DNA of 64,000 nucleotides, taken from positions 25,854,001-25,918,000 of the forward strand of contig OX597830.1 of assembly GCA_951406725.2 (NCBI GenBank). Direction: 5' to 3'. The notes beneath the pieces were generated by a model that was not told the DNA's origin, searched no databases, and worked only from the letters and a program-made list of their open reading frames with translations. Made by a program: the position numbers and the translations under genes. Below, one piece after another: positions 38,684 through 52,185 of this stretch (the first letter of the stretch is position 1; every line of letters starts with the position of its first letter). The stretch is from Octopus vulgaris (taxonomy: Eukaryota).

Positions 38684-39256
38684 GTTTTTAATACTGAAGG
38701 TTACATGGTTTTGAAAGAGATAAAGTTAATGTTCTAGGGAAGAAGTGAATTATTTGTCTTATATGACGGTTAAATGCTTATGAAAGAGATTAAGTTAATA
38801 TTCTAGGGAAGAAGTGAAACATGCCACATATCATAACGAACTATAAAAAAACTTAGTTCCTTTTGATATACTGTTTGTGCCTCACGAATAGGTTTCAGGT
38901 ATTTCTCAACGTATGAAAGAATTTGTGGCACTTAAAAACGTATTCTGTCTATTAAATATTTATCTCTCACCACACGGTGTACTTTCTTTGTTGCTCTAAC
39001 CATTACGGTACAGTACATTATACAAACACAAATATATATATATACCTATATACATCTCTCTTTTTTCTCTCTCTCTCTCTCTCTCTCGATATATATATAT
39101 GAATATACCTAGGTATATGTTTATGCATTTATATATATAAATATATATATATATATGCATACGTATGTACATATATATAATAATACATATACATACGTGT
39201 ATATATGTGTATATATATATTCATATATATATATATTTATGTATGAATGTATCTGT

Positions 39257-39299
<43 letters not shown>

Positions 39300-39350
39300 C
39301 ACATACATACATACATACATAATACATACATACATACATACATACATACA

Positions 39351-39386
<36 letters not shown>

Positions 39387-39686
39387 TATAGGGAGAATAA
39401 TAACCGTATTCTTTTCTGTTGCTGAATAATCCCTAAATCTATAAGTATACAACAACCTTTGAACTAATGACATACCCTATAAAACAAAATACAGGTATTT
39501 CAGGCTATTTAACGACTGGAACTTCTATTATCGAAACACAGATAAGCGACGTCTTGTTTACGTATACATTATGTTCGATGACATTTTCAGCGTGGTACAT
39601 CTATAGTGATGTACACATAAATACAACCATATAGACATGTATACGCCCCCAGCACACTTCTACACGCACACACGTACATACAGTCA

Positions 39687-40092
<406 letters not shown>

Positions 40093-40377
40093 TGTGTGTG
40101 TTTTGTGCCGATTTAGTGTCCTGAAAATACAGATAACCAAGAAGCACATTGAATTTTAACATTTTTTCAGAATATGTTGCTCAGCTTTACAGTTAAAAAA
40201 TCCCAGTTATTTCTTCTATCTTTAAAGTTTAATTGGGCAAAAAAACAACAAAAAAAACTACATTTATAATAAGAATGAAAAATATACATTTTAGCTGTGA
40301 AACTTGATAATATTTTCTATTAACTGTGAAGAAACTTAAAAATTTAATATGGACTAAAATGAAATAATATATTTTAA

Positions 40378-40584
40378 CCCTTTGTCTGTCCTGCATTATC
40401 ACATGTGTCCATGCATTGTTTATCAAACACATGTGTCCATGTATTGTCCTCAGAGTAACTTGAGGCTTATGGGAGGAAAGCTTTATGTTAGTCAGAGCGT
40501 ATCAAACAAGGGTTAACTTAAAGTAAAAAGGCAAGCATGGAGGTTTGAGACAGACTTCCGAAAATGCTTTGGACAGGCAAAGAG
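40378..40584. mobile_element. TTAA-flanked MITE (piggyBac-like)
   Basis: ttaa|ccctttgtctgtcc ... ggacaggcaaagag|ttaa; 12 of 14 TIR positions match. Confidence 0.65.
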
Positions 40585-40645
40585 TTAAAATGGCATTTTT
40601 ATTGTTATTTTTCTCGTTTCCAAATCATCAAACCTAACGGGTCTA

Positions 40646-40714
<69 letters not shown>

Positions 40715-40748
40715 CATATATATATATGTATGTATATATATATGTATG

Positions 40749-40779
<31 letters not shown>

Positions 40780-40818
40780 GTATATATATATGTATGTATG
40801 TATATATATATATGTATG

Positions 40819-40861
<43 letters not shown>

Positions 40862-40960
40862 ATATATATATATATATGTATATATATGTATGTATCTATA
40901 TATATATATATATGTATGTATGTATATATATATATATATATGTATATATATGTATGCATG

Positions 40961-40991
<31 letters not shown>

Positions 40992-41030
40992 GTATGTATG
41001 TATATATATATATGTATATATATATGTATG

Positions 41031-41063
<33 letters not shown>

Positions 41064-41137
41064 ATATATATATATATGTATATATATATGTATGTATGTA
41101 TATATATATATATATATACGTATATATATATATATGT
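40646..41137. repeat. ~490 bp interrupted (TA)n/(TATG)n tract
   Basis: Direct. Confidence 0.97.
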
Positions 41138-41583
41138 ACCTGGTAACACCAGCACACACCATAGCAAGACGCACTATCAAATCAGGCCACACAAAATCAC
41201 AGTAGGCTACAGAATGGTATACCATTCCACATCTGACCACAACAGGCCTCTGCAATCCACAGCAAGCCAGTGCCGTACCAAATAGGAGAGCCACCTCTTC
41301 CCACAGGCATATTTTTCAAAATTGGAGTCCTTTTGACAATTAAAAAAAAATTCTTTAGTTCACTTGTGCAGTAAAAGTCGAATCTATTCTTATTTTTTGT
41401 TAATCGCATTGCCTTTATTTTACCGGCCTCCTGTGATTTTTTAAACTCTCTGCTCAGTCTCTTGCGATGTGTAGGTGTCCGCTGACATCACCTCGATACT
41501 TAATTCTTTTTCAACTTTTCCACGTCATTTCTTATCATTAGTTTCATACATAATAACATTGTTATTCAAACATGAAATTAATG

Positions 41584-41744
41584 CAGTTCTGTATATAAGA
41601 GATGAGGAATTATCTACATTATTTACATTATTTACATTTGACAGATATTTGTCCGTCAAGAAGAGGAAGTTAACAAGAAGAGGAATTAACAACAAACAAG
41701 TTGAGGACAAATATCCGTGAAATGTAAATAATGTAAATAATGTA
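41584..41744. mobile_element. Repeat with 40 bp inverted arms; homologous fragment at 55850-55900
   Basis: 41615-41654 is nearly the reverse complement of 41705-41744; taagagatgaggaattat.tacattatttaca recurs inverted at 55856-55888. Confidence 0.6.
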
Positions 41745-42007
41745 TGAAATTAATGAATGTAGAATATAATTACGTATATTATAACTAATGAAATATTTCG
41801 CATATCATAAGGAAAATCAGTTAAAAATTGTTTGGTGTCTGCCACGGCACATTTTTTTCATGTGCTCGCCCCACCTGATTTTAGAAGCTTGCTACGTTAC
41901 TGCAACAGCTCATACAAGTTCACGTTAATTAACAGCTGGCCACACTAGGTCACAGTAGCCCACACCATCCCCACGCTAAATCGCACAAATTCACAGCGGA
42001 ACACAGT

Positions 42008-42252
42008 GGAGACGCATAGCTTTGTGGTTAGGGTATTGGACTCATCATCGTACGATTGTGGTTTCGATTCCTGGACCAGTTGACGCGTTGTATTCTTGAG
42101 CAAAAATCTTCATTTTACGTTAGTCCAGTCCACTCAGCTGGCAAACATGAGTAACCCTGTGACTGACCGGCGTCCCGTCCAAGTGGGGAATATATCTGCA
42201 ATGAAATCGGGAAACCGGCCCTTATGGGTCGAGAAGGTAACTTTACTTTTAC
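42008..42252 (+). mobile_element. SINE S4, most complete copy
   Basis: tRNA-like head; core ccctgtgactgaccggcgtcccgtcca resembles the V-SINE domain from memory (unverified); (ACTTT)n tail. Confidence 0.75.
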
Positions 42253-42900
42253 TTTTTTTAAACTTTGCACTGGGACAGATCAAGCCAAAAATTCACACTA
42301 CACCGTACGAGTCCACTGCAGTCCACACCGCATCAGGGCACACATTATATCAGGACAGACCAGATCGGGCCACACCATGAATACAAAGAAAAACGAGCCG
42401 AAACTTAAGCTTAAGATACTCTAACTCAGTATTCACTCCACAACATCAGATGATATCCCGTCAAAATACTCGATAATAACACGACCGCACTTTAATGGAA
42501 ACAGCGTGTATCAGTCAATTGTTCTCCATTCATTCGTTTAGGTAATCGATATTATCATTTCTCAAGTTTAGAAAAAAAACAAAGAAAACTAAAAACAAAA
42601 GAAACACAAACACACAAACATCCAACAAGAAATTAGTTGAGTCAAAAAGTCGCTTCAGTCGTTAAGTATTGGCTAATAATTTGACGATTGTTCCCAAAGG
42701 GGATGCTGAATAAATCTACCGAGTATAGCCGTTCGGTCTGGCTTAAGTGGTCGCTTTCGACCTAACGTTGCTCGTTTGTGTTTGACTATTTAGGGCGACA
42801 TAAAAGAAACCTTATACCGAAAGTTCTTTCTTGAAGAACAATGAAAGGGAAGAGAAGAATAACATAAAAAAAGAGAAATGACACAGTGTGTGCATCTATG

Positions 42901-43004
<104 letters not shown>

Positions 43005-43061
43005 ATGTATATATGTATGTATGTATATATATATATATATATATGTATGTATATATGTATG

Positions 43062-43097
<36 letters not shown>

Positions 43098-43848
43098 CAT
43101 GCATGTATGTATGTATGTATGTATGTATGTATGTATGTATGTATGTATGAATGAATAAATGAATGAATGGAAATATGTCGATAGATGTTGAGTGAAATGA
43201 GAAGAGATATCATCATCATCACCTTCCTCTTTTTCTTCTTCTTTGTTTCTTCTCTTCCTCCTCTTTCTTCCTCTTTACTCCTTCATCTACTTATTGCTAT
43301 TGTTATTGGTAGCAGCAGCAGCAGCAGTATTAGTAATAACTGAAGGAGAAAAAGAAAAAAAAAGATGATGAAAATAAAATGGTGATGATATCATCGGTTA
43401 TGACGCTCATGACGACGACAACGACAACGACAAAGAGAACGACAACAACGACGACGACGACGATGATGATGATGTCGATGACGACGACGACGACGACGGC
43501 GTAAATGGCTGGAGGCAGTAAGCGATAATACGTAGGCGGCATGTCAAGAATTGTTAATTTATTTGGCCTCCAACTCATTAACAGGTTTTTGTCTGTTGAA
43601 CTATTGAAGCGAAATTAAACAAATTCTCAGTCTGTGACGAATGCTGCGCAACAGGAAGTAGGTTCTTCGTTGAAATGAAGCAACGGCTCCGTTTCAATTC
43701 TTAGCTGCAGCTGCTGTCTTGGGCTGTTTACTTTTACGTTCGTGGAGTGTTGGAATATTGGTCTGACATCTCGATACGTGCTGCTACCGCACCCATTCTA
43801 GACTGCATTCAGAAACGGGTCACTCGACTGAGTAAAATTTATAAATTA

Positions 43849-44238
43849 CTAGCAGTATCGCCCGGCGTTGCTCGGGTTTGTAAGGGAAATAACTATATAA
43901 GCATTTTTAGAGAGTTATAGCCAAAAAATAGAAACAAAAATGCATTAAAAATGGAAAAAAAATGATGGTAAAATCGTTGACACATCGTAGACATTTTTAA
44001 AGAGTTACCTCCCTTATATAATAGCGAAAGAAATGCATTAAAATGGAAAAAAAATGATGGTAAATTTTGTTTTAAATCGTAGACTCATCGTAGACGCTCG
44101 CTAATACCCAGAAGGGCTCGATATAAATCACGACTATAAGATACCCGGTTTTGGTTAAACTGCACCGCAAAATGTGGGAGTAGTTAGGAATCTAAATCGT
44201 AGGAGACAGACACACAACTTGACTTTTATATATAAAGA
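43849..44238 (-). mobile_element. Non-autonomous Helitron
   Basis: A|TC start, hairpin cccgagcaacgccggg, CTAG|T end; 3' ~120 bp shared with 30216-30601. Confidence 0.87.
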
Positions 44239-44324
44239 TTATCCAATATGAAGTTAGATTAGTCGTGATAACTCACTCGCCACTTAGGTGGGCGCTAGGC
44301 ATAATAACTATTTAAAAGGGATGG

Positions 44325-44722
44325 TTTGGGGCTGTGTGGTAAGAAGGTTGCGTCACAACCATATGGCTCCGGGTTCAGTCCCACTGCGTGGCACCTTGGG
44401 CAAATTTCTTCTACTACAGTCTCGAGCCAACCAAAGCCTTGTGAGTAGATTTGGTAGGCAGAAACTGAAAGAATCCCATCGTATATGTATACATGTTTAT
44501 GTATTTATGTGTCTTTTTGTCTGTCCCTCCCCCACCATCGCTTGACAACCGATATTAGTGAATTTACGTCCTAGTACATAGGTGGTTCGGCAAAAGAGAA
44601 CGATAGAATAAGTACTAGACTTACAAAGAATAAGTACGGGGGTCGATTTCTTCGACTAAAAAAGCACCCTTGAAGGCCGTGCTTCAGCATGGCAGCATCA
44701 CATGGCTGAAACAAGTAAAAGA
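44325..44722 (+). mobile_element. SINE S1, full length, diverged
   Basis: Head, core, short microsatellite and tail all present. Confidence 0.88.
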
Positions 44723-45331
44723 ACCACTGAGATAAAACATCGAACAATTAATTTTCCTATCAGTCACAGAACTTTAAGATAAAATACTGGATTAGTTCCA
44801 CTTTGATTACATTCAAATCTCCTACTATTTAGGCTGTAGTTTTCAAAGAGAATGTTTCAGGGCAGACAGGAGATTAGATAAAAAGAAATTACTGGCGCCT
44901 GTCATACGGAAAGTTTTATAACAAAACAACAACAACAACAACAAAAAAACAACAGCCAAAATACTGTATAAAGTATAAATTATGGTGAACGTAAACAAAC
45001 AAACAAAGTTTGCTTTTAGGTGCTGGCGTGGCTGTGTAGTAAGACATTTGCTACCCAACCACGTTATTCCGGGTTCAGTCCAACTGCCTGACACCGAGTG
45101 ACTTCTATCATAGCCTCAGGCCGACCAAAGCTTTGCGAGTGGATTTGGTAGACAGAACCTGAAAGAAGCCCTTCGTATATATATACATATATATATATAT
45201 AATATATATATAATATATATATAATATATATTATATATATATATATATGTATTATATATATATTATACATATTTTATATATATATATATATATGTATTAT
45301 ATATATATATATTATATATATATATACGTAT

Positions 45332-45419
<88 letters not shown>

Positions 45420-45539
45420 CGTATTATATATATATTATATATATTATATATATATATATATTATATATATATATTATATATGTGTATATATATATTATAT
45501 ATGTATATATATATTATATATATATATATTATATATGTT

Positions 45540-45766
45540 TGTTTGTTTTTGTTTTTGTTTTTCCAGTTTCAGCTCTTGAGCTGTGGCCATGCTGGGGCAC
45601 CGCCATTGTGGTGAAAGAGTACAGCAGGGATCACCACCCCTGCCGGAGCCTCGTAGAGCTTTTAGGTGTTTTCGCTCAATAAACACACACAACGCCCGGT
45701 CTGAGAATCGAAACCGCGATCCTGCGACCGCGAGTCCGCTGCCTAACCACTAGGCCATTGCGCCTC
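45540..45766 (-). mobile_element. Chimeric SINE: S3 head joined to an S1-like tail
   Basis: S3 5' 160 bp followed directly by ggcggtgccccagcatggccacagctc..agctgaaact and an A-rich tail. Confidence 0.7.
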
Positions 45767-45813
45767 TATGTATATATATATTATATATATATATATTATA
45801 TATATATATATAT

Positions 45814-45857
<44 letters not shown>

Positions 45858-45893
45858 CGCAGGAGTGGCTGTGTGGTAAGTAGCTTGCTTACC

Positions 45894-47917
45894 TGTACTA
45901 CAGGGGATTTCTTGTTACTTGAAAGTCACGTATTTTGTCGTGAAATATTGAACGTTTGAAGCTCGACTACAGGTAGGCGTTTGTTGTATTTTTGGTGGGG
46001 CTTAGTGGAGCTTAGTGGTTCTGTTATTAGTAATTTTTGTTGAGCAACAATCTCCACTCTGCTCCAGACATTTGGCTCCCTATGGTCGTGTGAAAAGACT
46101 TTGTAGTGGGAATTGTGTTTTTGAGGAGGCGTATCCCCTCCGCAAAAATTTGTTTGATTATGAAAACTGTTTTTGTGTTACTTTGTTCGTGAAGTTCCAT
46201 TGAATTTACCATGGGCAAGGAGTACGAAGGCAGGAAGGATTAATTTTGTGCTGCGATTGGAGTACCTGTATTTTTGCGGATTACCGGAGTGGCGGAAATG
46301 TGTTGCCGTGATTTGAACTGTCTTCCTTCTTTCTTTTTCTCTACTCTGTCTTTTTGTTCTTTTTTGTTTTTATTGAACTTTTTTGAACTTTGTGTTGGAC
46401 CTTCTTTTTTGGAAACTTTCTTTAGTTTTTGCAAGCATGGCAACAGAGAAGGGCACTGTGCTGGAATGGGTGATTTTACCCCCAAGCAGTGGTTGAAGGA
46501 CCGTAATGAGAGAATCGTGGTGTTGAGGACATATTCCAAGTCCCTCGACACCATCACTGTGTTCTCTCAAGACGAGATAGAAAAAAGAGTTGGCAGAATA
46601 CCTGCTAACTATCAAGTTTATCGCAAGGGGTGTCAAATTTGCAACAGTGTGGTTGCTATTTGACATTCCTAAGGAGGCTAGCATTTTCCCTAGCCAGTCC
46701 CTGGAAGGGGAAAAAATTTTGTTTCTCCCCACATATCGTGGAAGGAAATTGACAAGAGCCTGGGTGTGTGGGCTGCCACCCGGAATTGAGCCCGAGTGGA
46801 TAGAGAACACTCTCCGCATGGGTCTGGGTAGCAGTGGAACCAGGCTCTTAAATGTTAGAATGCTTCCTGTGGCTGATTGGGTGGGGTAGAAAGCAATTTT
46901 GACCCTATGAACCCAATCAGCCAAAGATCTGGTTTTTCCAGATTTTTGAAGATGGCCGGTTCTAGGTATCCAGTAACTCTTGAAGGACGCCCCCACAAGT
47001 GTCACCTGTGCCTAGAATCGGGCCACATAAAGAAGAACTACCCCAAGAACCGAGCAAGGGCACTGCAGAAGTTAATAGAGGAGGATGTTTTTTCTCCAAC
47101 GGAGCCTCCTGATTATATAACGGAGGGAGAGGTAGAAAAAGTTGAGGAGGTAACCCTCTCGAAAGGAAAAAAAGAAAGAAGGTGGGCAACAATGGTTGCC
47201 CACCGATGGATTCTGAGGCGGCAGGAGAGAAGAAGGGACTCCCGGACAAGTTGGAGGAACCTCACCCTCCCGTCGAGAAGAGAAAAAAAGAAAAAGAGAA
47301 AAAAGAATGGGACATCGCTGGCAGTTGACGATCAAATGCCAGCATGCCCCGAAACTCTGTCGGTGGGAAGTGTGCTACCGACAGACGGAGCAGTGGCCCA
47401 TCCTAGAAGGACGGAAAATGTATTTGTCATGCTCTTTCTGAAGGGAGGGACGATAGAAAGCTTCCTAAGGAAGCGAGGCTTGACGGAGGAGCTCTTAGCC
47501 TGGACTGAAGGCAAGAGTTGGCCTTCGCAGGTGACTGCGAAGGTCATATCGGAGGGCAACATGTCCATGGTCGTGCGCTCCTTAACGAGGGACTTGTTCA
47601 GAATCGTGTTTTGGGACCTCGACTGGGAACCGGGGCAGTACCTATGGGCAGCTCACATTCTGGTCGGGGGCGAAGAAGAATAGGCTTAGCGCCGAAATAT
47701 GTAAATTTTATGTTGTCATTGTTGTAAGAGGTTCATTGCCTCATGTAATTATTTGTTAAAGAACAATGTTATAGAGAAGCAGAAGGTCGGCGGGCGCTTT
47801 CTACCTTCTCCCATCCTTATCATCCTTGTATCATTATCATTCATTTCATTAATATCTTGACCAGCCCGCAAAGCTACCTAATCTATGTACTGTCTTGATG
47901 ACAAATTTAATGAAATA
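45894..47917 (+). mobile_element. ORF1-only non-LTR retroelement (HAL1-like) inserted in the head of an S1 SINE
   Basis: 16 bp TSD aagtagcttgcttacc (45878-45893 and 47918-47933); frameshifted ORF1 ~46440-47683 with knuckle CHLCLESGHIKKNY; AATAAA at the 3' junction; no EN or RT motifs. Confidence 0.85.
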
Positions 47918-48180
47918 AAGTAGCTTGCTTACCAACCACATGGTTCCGGGTTCATTCCCACTGCGTGCACCTCGGGACAGTGTCTTCTACTATAGCCTCG
48001 GGCCGACCAAAGCCTTGTGATTGGATCTGGTAGACGGAAACTGAAAGAAGCCCATCGTATATATGTACATATATCTGTATGTGTGTGTATATTTTTGTGT
48101 GTGTGTGTCCCCCCCCCACCCAACATCGCTTGACAACTGATAGTGGTGTGTTTACGTCCCCGTAACCTGGCGGTTCGGCA
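47918..48180 (+). mobile_element. Continuation of the S1 SINE that starts at 45856
   Basis: Sequence resumes exactly at the duplicated target. Confidence 0.9.
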
Positions 48181-48470
48181 ATGGGAACGAATGGGAACGT
48201 GAAGCTCTGAGTAACAGCTTTTTGTGATGTTTTTGTGATGTTTCTGCAGCTTACATAATAGTAAAGCATAATACTCTGCCTCCAGTATTCGAGTACTATT
48301 TTTCCCACCTTTATGTACTTACTTTGGTATGTCCGAAACAGTAAGGACTTCTGGTAATTTGACTGAGGAAAGAAGGCCTTTTTTGCCTGTCCTAATTGTT
48401 GTTTTTCCTTCCGCCTTTGTATCGTATATCTGTCCCAATATTTTATTGTCCTCTATTGTGTTTTCGTTCC

Positions 48471-48512
<42 letters not shown>

Positions 48513-48548
48513 TATACCTACATATTTATATATATGTATGTATATGTC

Positions 48549-48607
<59 letters not shown>

Positions 48608-49282
48608 TATACATATATATACCTACATATTTATGTATGTGTGTATTTGTATTTGTGTCTGTGTTTGTGCCCCTATCACTGCTTGGCAACTGGTTTTGGT
48701 GTGTTTGCGTCCTCGTAACTTAGCGGCTCGGTGAAAGAGACCGATAGAATAAGTACTAGGCTTACATAGAATAAATCCTGGGGTCGATTTCTTCGACTAA
48801 AAGCCTTCAAGGCGGTACTCCTGCATGGCTGTAGTCATGAAACCAGCAAAGGCGTAAAAGAAAGAATAAAGTTTAAAATATAGAAAACAAATCGAAACTT
48901 CACATTCTTCCTTAGTTTACTTCTCAAATACTTATAAATTCTTTGTTACCATGCTCATTTATTTGTTTCAGTCATTGGACTACGGTCATACTGGAGCAAC
49001 ATATTTATAGTGTTTTGTCCAACAAATCGACCCCGATACTTCTTTTGGCGGGTGGGGTTGACATCCCTTTAATACTTAGTGCTTATTCCATCGGGCGCTT
49101 TTGCCGAACCACTGATTTACGGGGACATAAGCAAGCCAACACACAATCCACAGAGATACACACATCCAAGAGCACGCTCAGACATTTTCGCACATAGGCC
49201 AACACACGCATACACGCACACACACACACAGAGGCAAACGCACACACACACACACACAGAGGCAAACGCACACACAGGCCAA

Positions 49283-49327
<45 letters not shown>

Positions 49328-49536
49328 ACACACATGACAGGTTTCTATAGTTTCCGTCTATCGAATTTACGGCTTTGGTGCTACAGTAGAAAATACCTTG
49401 TTCAAGGTGTCACCCAGTAGAATTGAACCGAGATCAAGTGAACGTGAAACGAACTTGTTAACCACACAATCATATCTGCGCCTGTGTATTTTACAAATTT
49501 ATGAATAACAAACTTTTCAAGAGACTTAAGCATTAT

Positions 49537-50015
49537 TCTTTTATTCTCTTACTTGTTCCAATCATTTGACTGCGGCCATGCTGGAGCACCGCCTTACAGT
49601 TTTTTAGTCGAAGAAATCGACACCAGGACTTATTCTTTGTAAGCCTAGCACTTACTGTATCGGTCTCTTTTGCCGAACCGCTACGTTATAGGGATGTAAA
49701 CACACTGGTATCTGTTGCCAAGCGATGGCAGGAGGACAAACACACATACACACATAAATACATACATACATACGCACACACACGCACACACACACATATA
49801 TATATATATGTATAAAGAAGAGAAAATGGAGATTAAGAAGTTAATAATTGTTTATTATTAGCAACAAATTGGCCATCTTCTCTTCTTACAGCCGTTTCAA
49901 TTAATACTCTATAATTTAATTACAAATTTTTACATTAAATATACATTTAGATGACATGATTTTAATTCCATCAGATGAAAAAGGATGTATGTGTGTTTAT
50001 CATTTCATTTTAGCA

Positions 50016-50058
<43 letters not shown>

Positions 50059-50229
50059 CATACATACGACGGGATTCTTTCAGTTTCCGACTATCATTGC
50101 CACTCAGAAGGCTTTGGTCGGTCTGGAGCTATAGTAGAAGAGATTTGCCCCAGGTGCCACGCAGTGGGATTGAACCCGGAACCATGTGGTTAGGAAGCAA
50201 GCATCTTACCACACAACCACGCCTGCGCC
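49537..50229 (-). mobile_element. SINE S1 with a hammerhead-bearing insert in its internal (TA)n
   Basis: S1 tail 49537-49760 and head 50065-50229 are separated by foreign sequence ~49813-50018. Confidence 0.85.
49883..49979 (-). ncRNA. Hammerhead motif with enlarged stem II loop
   Basis: CTGATGG-aattaa[~60 nt]ttaatt-GAAA-cggctg-TA-agaa on the minus strand; A9 position mutated, stem I weak. Confidence 0.5.
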
Positions 50230-50385
50230 TATATGTAAAGATTTTTAACGCTTTAGATTATGTTTAAAAAAAATAAGCAACGTCGTGGCACATCCTGTGG
50301 GGCACCCTGAGCTGCGGAGCTTAGTTTAGAATCATTGAATCAAGGTCTGCAAGAAATGGTGGGGGGGGTATTAATTATTGAATTA

Positions 50386-50610
50386 AAGCAGTGAGCTGGC
50401 AGAATGGTTAGCGCGTCGCACAAATTGCTTAGCGGCATTTCTTCCGGCTCTTTACGTCCTGTGTTCGAATACCGCTAAGACCAACTTTACTTTTCATCCA
50501 TTGGGAGTTGATAAAAAAAGTACCAGTTGTGCCTTGGAGGTGGGTGGGGGCGATGTAATCGACCACCCCTCCCCTAAAAAGTGCTGGCTTTGTGTCAAAA
50601 TTTGAAACTG
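50386..50610 (+). mobile_element. SINE S2, diverged
   Basis: Head gtgagctggcagaatgg, tail ggctttgtgtcaaaatttgaaac. Confidence 0.75.
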
Positions 50611-51364
50611 CTATTAATTAAACTGTTTTAATGAGGAATAGGAAAATACAAATATTTATTACTTATATATGTACAATGTTACACATTTATGTGGAACGAG
50701 GACGAGTCGATTGAATAAACCGTAGTATATTACTGATATCAGGTTTCGTATTCAGGATTCGAAAATACTTCAACTCATTATAGGACGTGCAAACTAGGTA
50801 GCTTCTACGTGGCCACACAACCTGCTAGAAACAGCAACTAAATTTTTCCCCGAATCATATAATGTGTTCTGGTTGCAAACAGAAAAACAATTTGGTCACG
50901 GTTGTAGAGCATTCATTCATAGGTTTGTTCGATCAGCATCATCAACATCATCACCGATAACAACCATAATAACAGCATCAACAACAATTGTAGCATCATA
51001 ATCATCATCATCATCATCGACAACAGCTATAATAACAACAACGTTGTCTTTTCTGTGATTAATAAAAACAACCAAAAAGAAACTCGAAATCAATATGTCA
51101 CTAAATTTCTCCAAATTCTTCTCCAACCAATTCCACTTTATTTACATTAGTAACACATCAATACTGTTTCGTTAAATGCTACTGGATGTTCAGCTTGTTT
51201 AATCAATCTAATCGAATTGGATCTCTGCAACTACAGTAGACTTGTGGAATTTTGCGTTGTCAAGAGAGAATATAATAATATAACGGTGCTTTGATCCGAG
51301 ATGGCTTGTATCTCATTTGTCGCTTCTACGCATTTCAGCGATCCTGGCTCATATTACAATGAAG

Positions 51365-51670
51365 TACATATTCTTCCCTAATATTTTCCGGTAGATTCGA
51401 ACGTGAATGTGCTAATCGCTGTCGTATTTTGTCTACAGATACCAGCTTCTCCTTCTCCTGACAATGTGTGTTCACAATTCATCCGATATTCAATGATTCA
51501 GTAGGTACATTTGACTCAGGAGACATAACCAGGTGTATAAACTGCGGTCTCTCAAAGTCCCTTTACATCATTGCCTCTCGGATATGTTGTGAACACTGAA
51601 AGAAGTTGTTATCCCCAGACAACATACAACCGCGATTAGCGTACTAACGTTCAAATATGCTAATCGTAGT
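51365..51670. mobile_element. Old MITE-like fold-back repeat; relative at 56080-56393
   Basis: Both contain gaacgtgaat(g/a)tgctaatcgct and a degenerate inverted copy at the far end. Confidence 0.45.
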
Positions 51671-51930
51671 TGTATTTTGCCAACACAGAGCAGCTTTCAG
51701 ATGAATTCATTAAAGTAACGAGACTTTTGACACCCCGTTGTTTTGACACCCTTGTCTCTCTTAAGTCAAAGATATCCAGCAGTAACGAATCTAATAAGAG
51801 TGTGTGGGTCTTCATTATAACTTCACTAAACAAACTATTTGCTGATATTTGCTAACTGATAATAAATCGTCCAATGCATTATAAACAATAAGAGTCAAAA
51901 CAATGACTGACATATGCCCACGGGCATATC

Positions 51931-52015
<85 letters not shown>

Positions 52016-52164
52016 TGCACTACTAGGCACTGCACACATCCTACGCGGAACACTTTCCATACAATAACAATCAGAGCATTACAACAAATCACAGCACATA
52101 CCCAAGGCACACAGAGCTGTGCTCGGTAGTGAAGTGAAAGCACGCTATAAAAATAAAACTACTG
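52016..52164 (+). mobile_element. Extremely truncated R4/Dong-like 3' end
   Basis: ALLGTAHILRGTLSIQ* plus 3' UTR between (AAT)n tracts. Confidence 0.8.
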
Positions 52165-52185
52165 AATAATAATAATAATAATAAA

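Noticed and set aside
41268-41902. cagtgccgtacc / gctacgttactg as hAT TIRs
   Set aside because: The TIR match is weak and the flanks do not form a TSD.
43640-43835. LINE RT C-terminal scrap (ILDCIQKRVTRL)
   Set aside because: Too short and degenerate to call.
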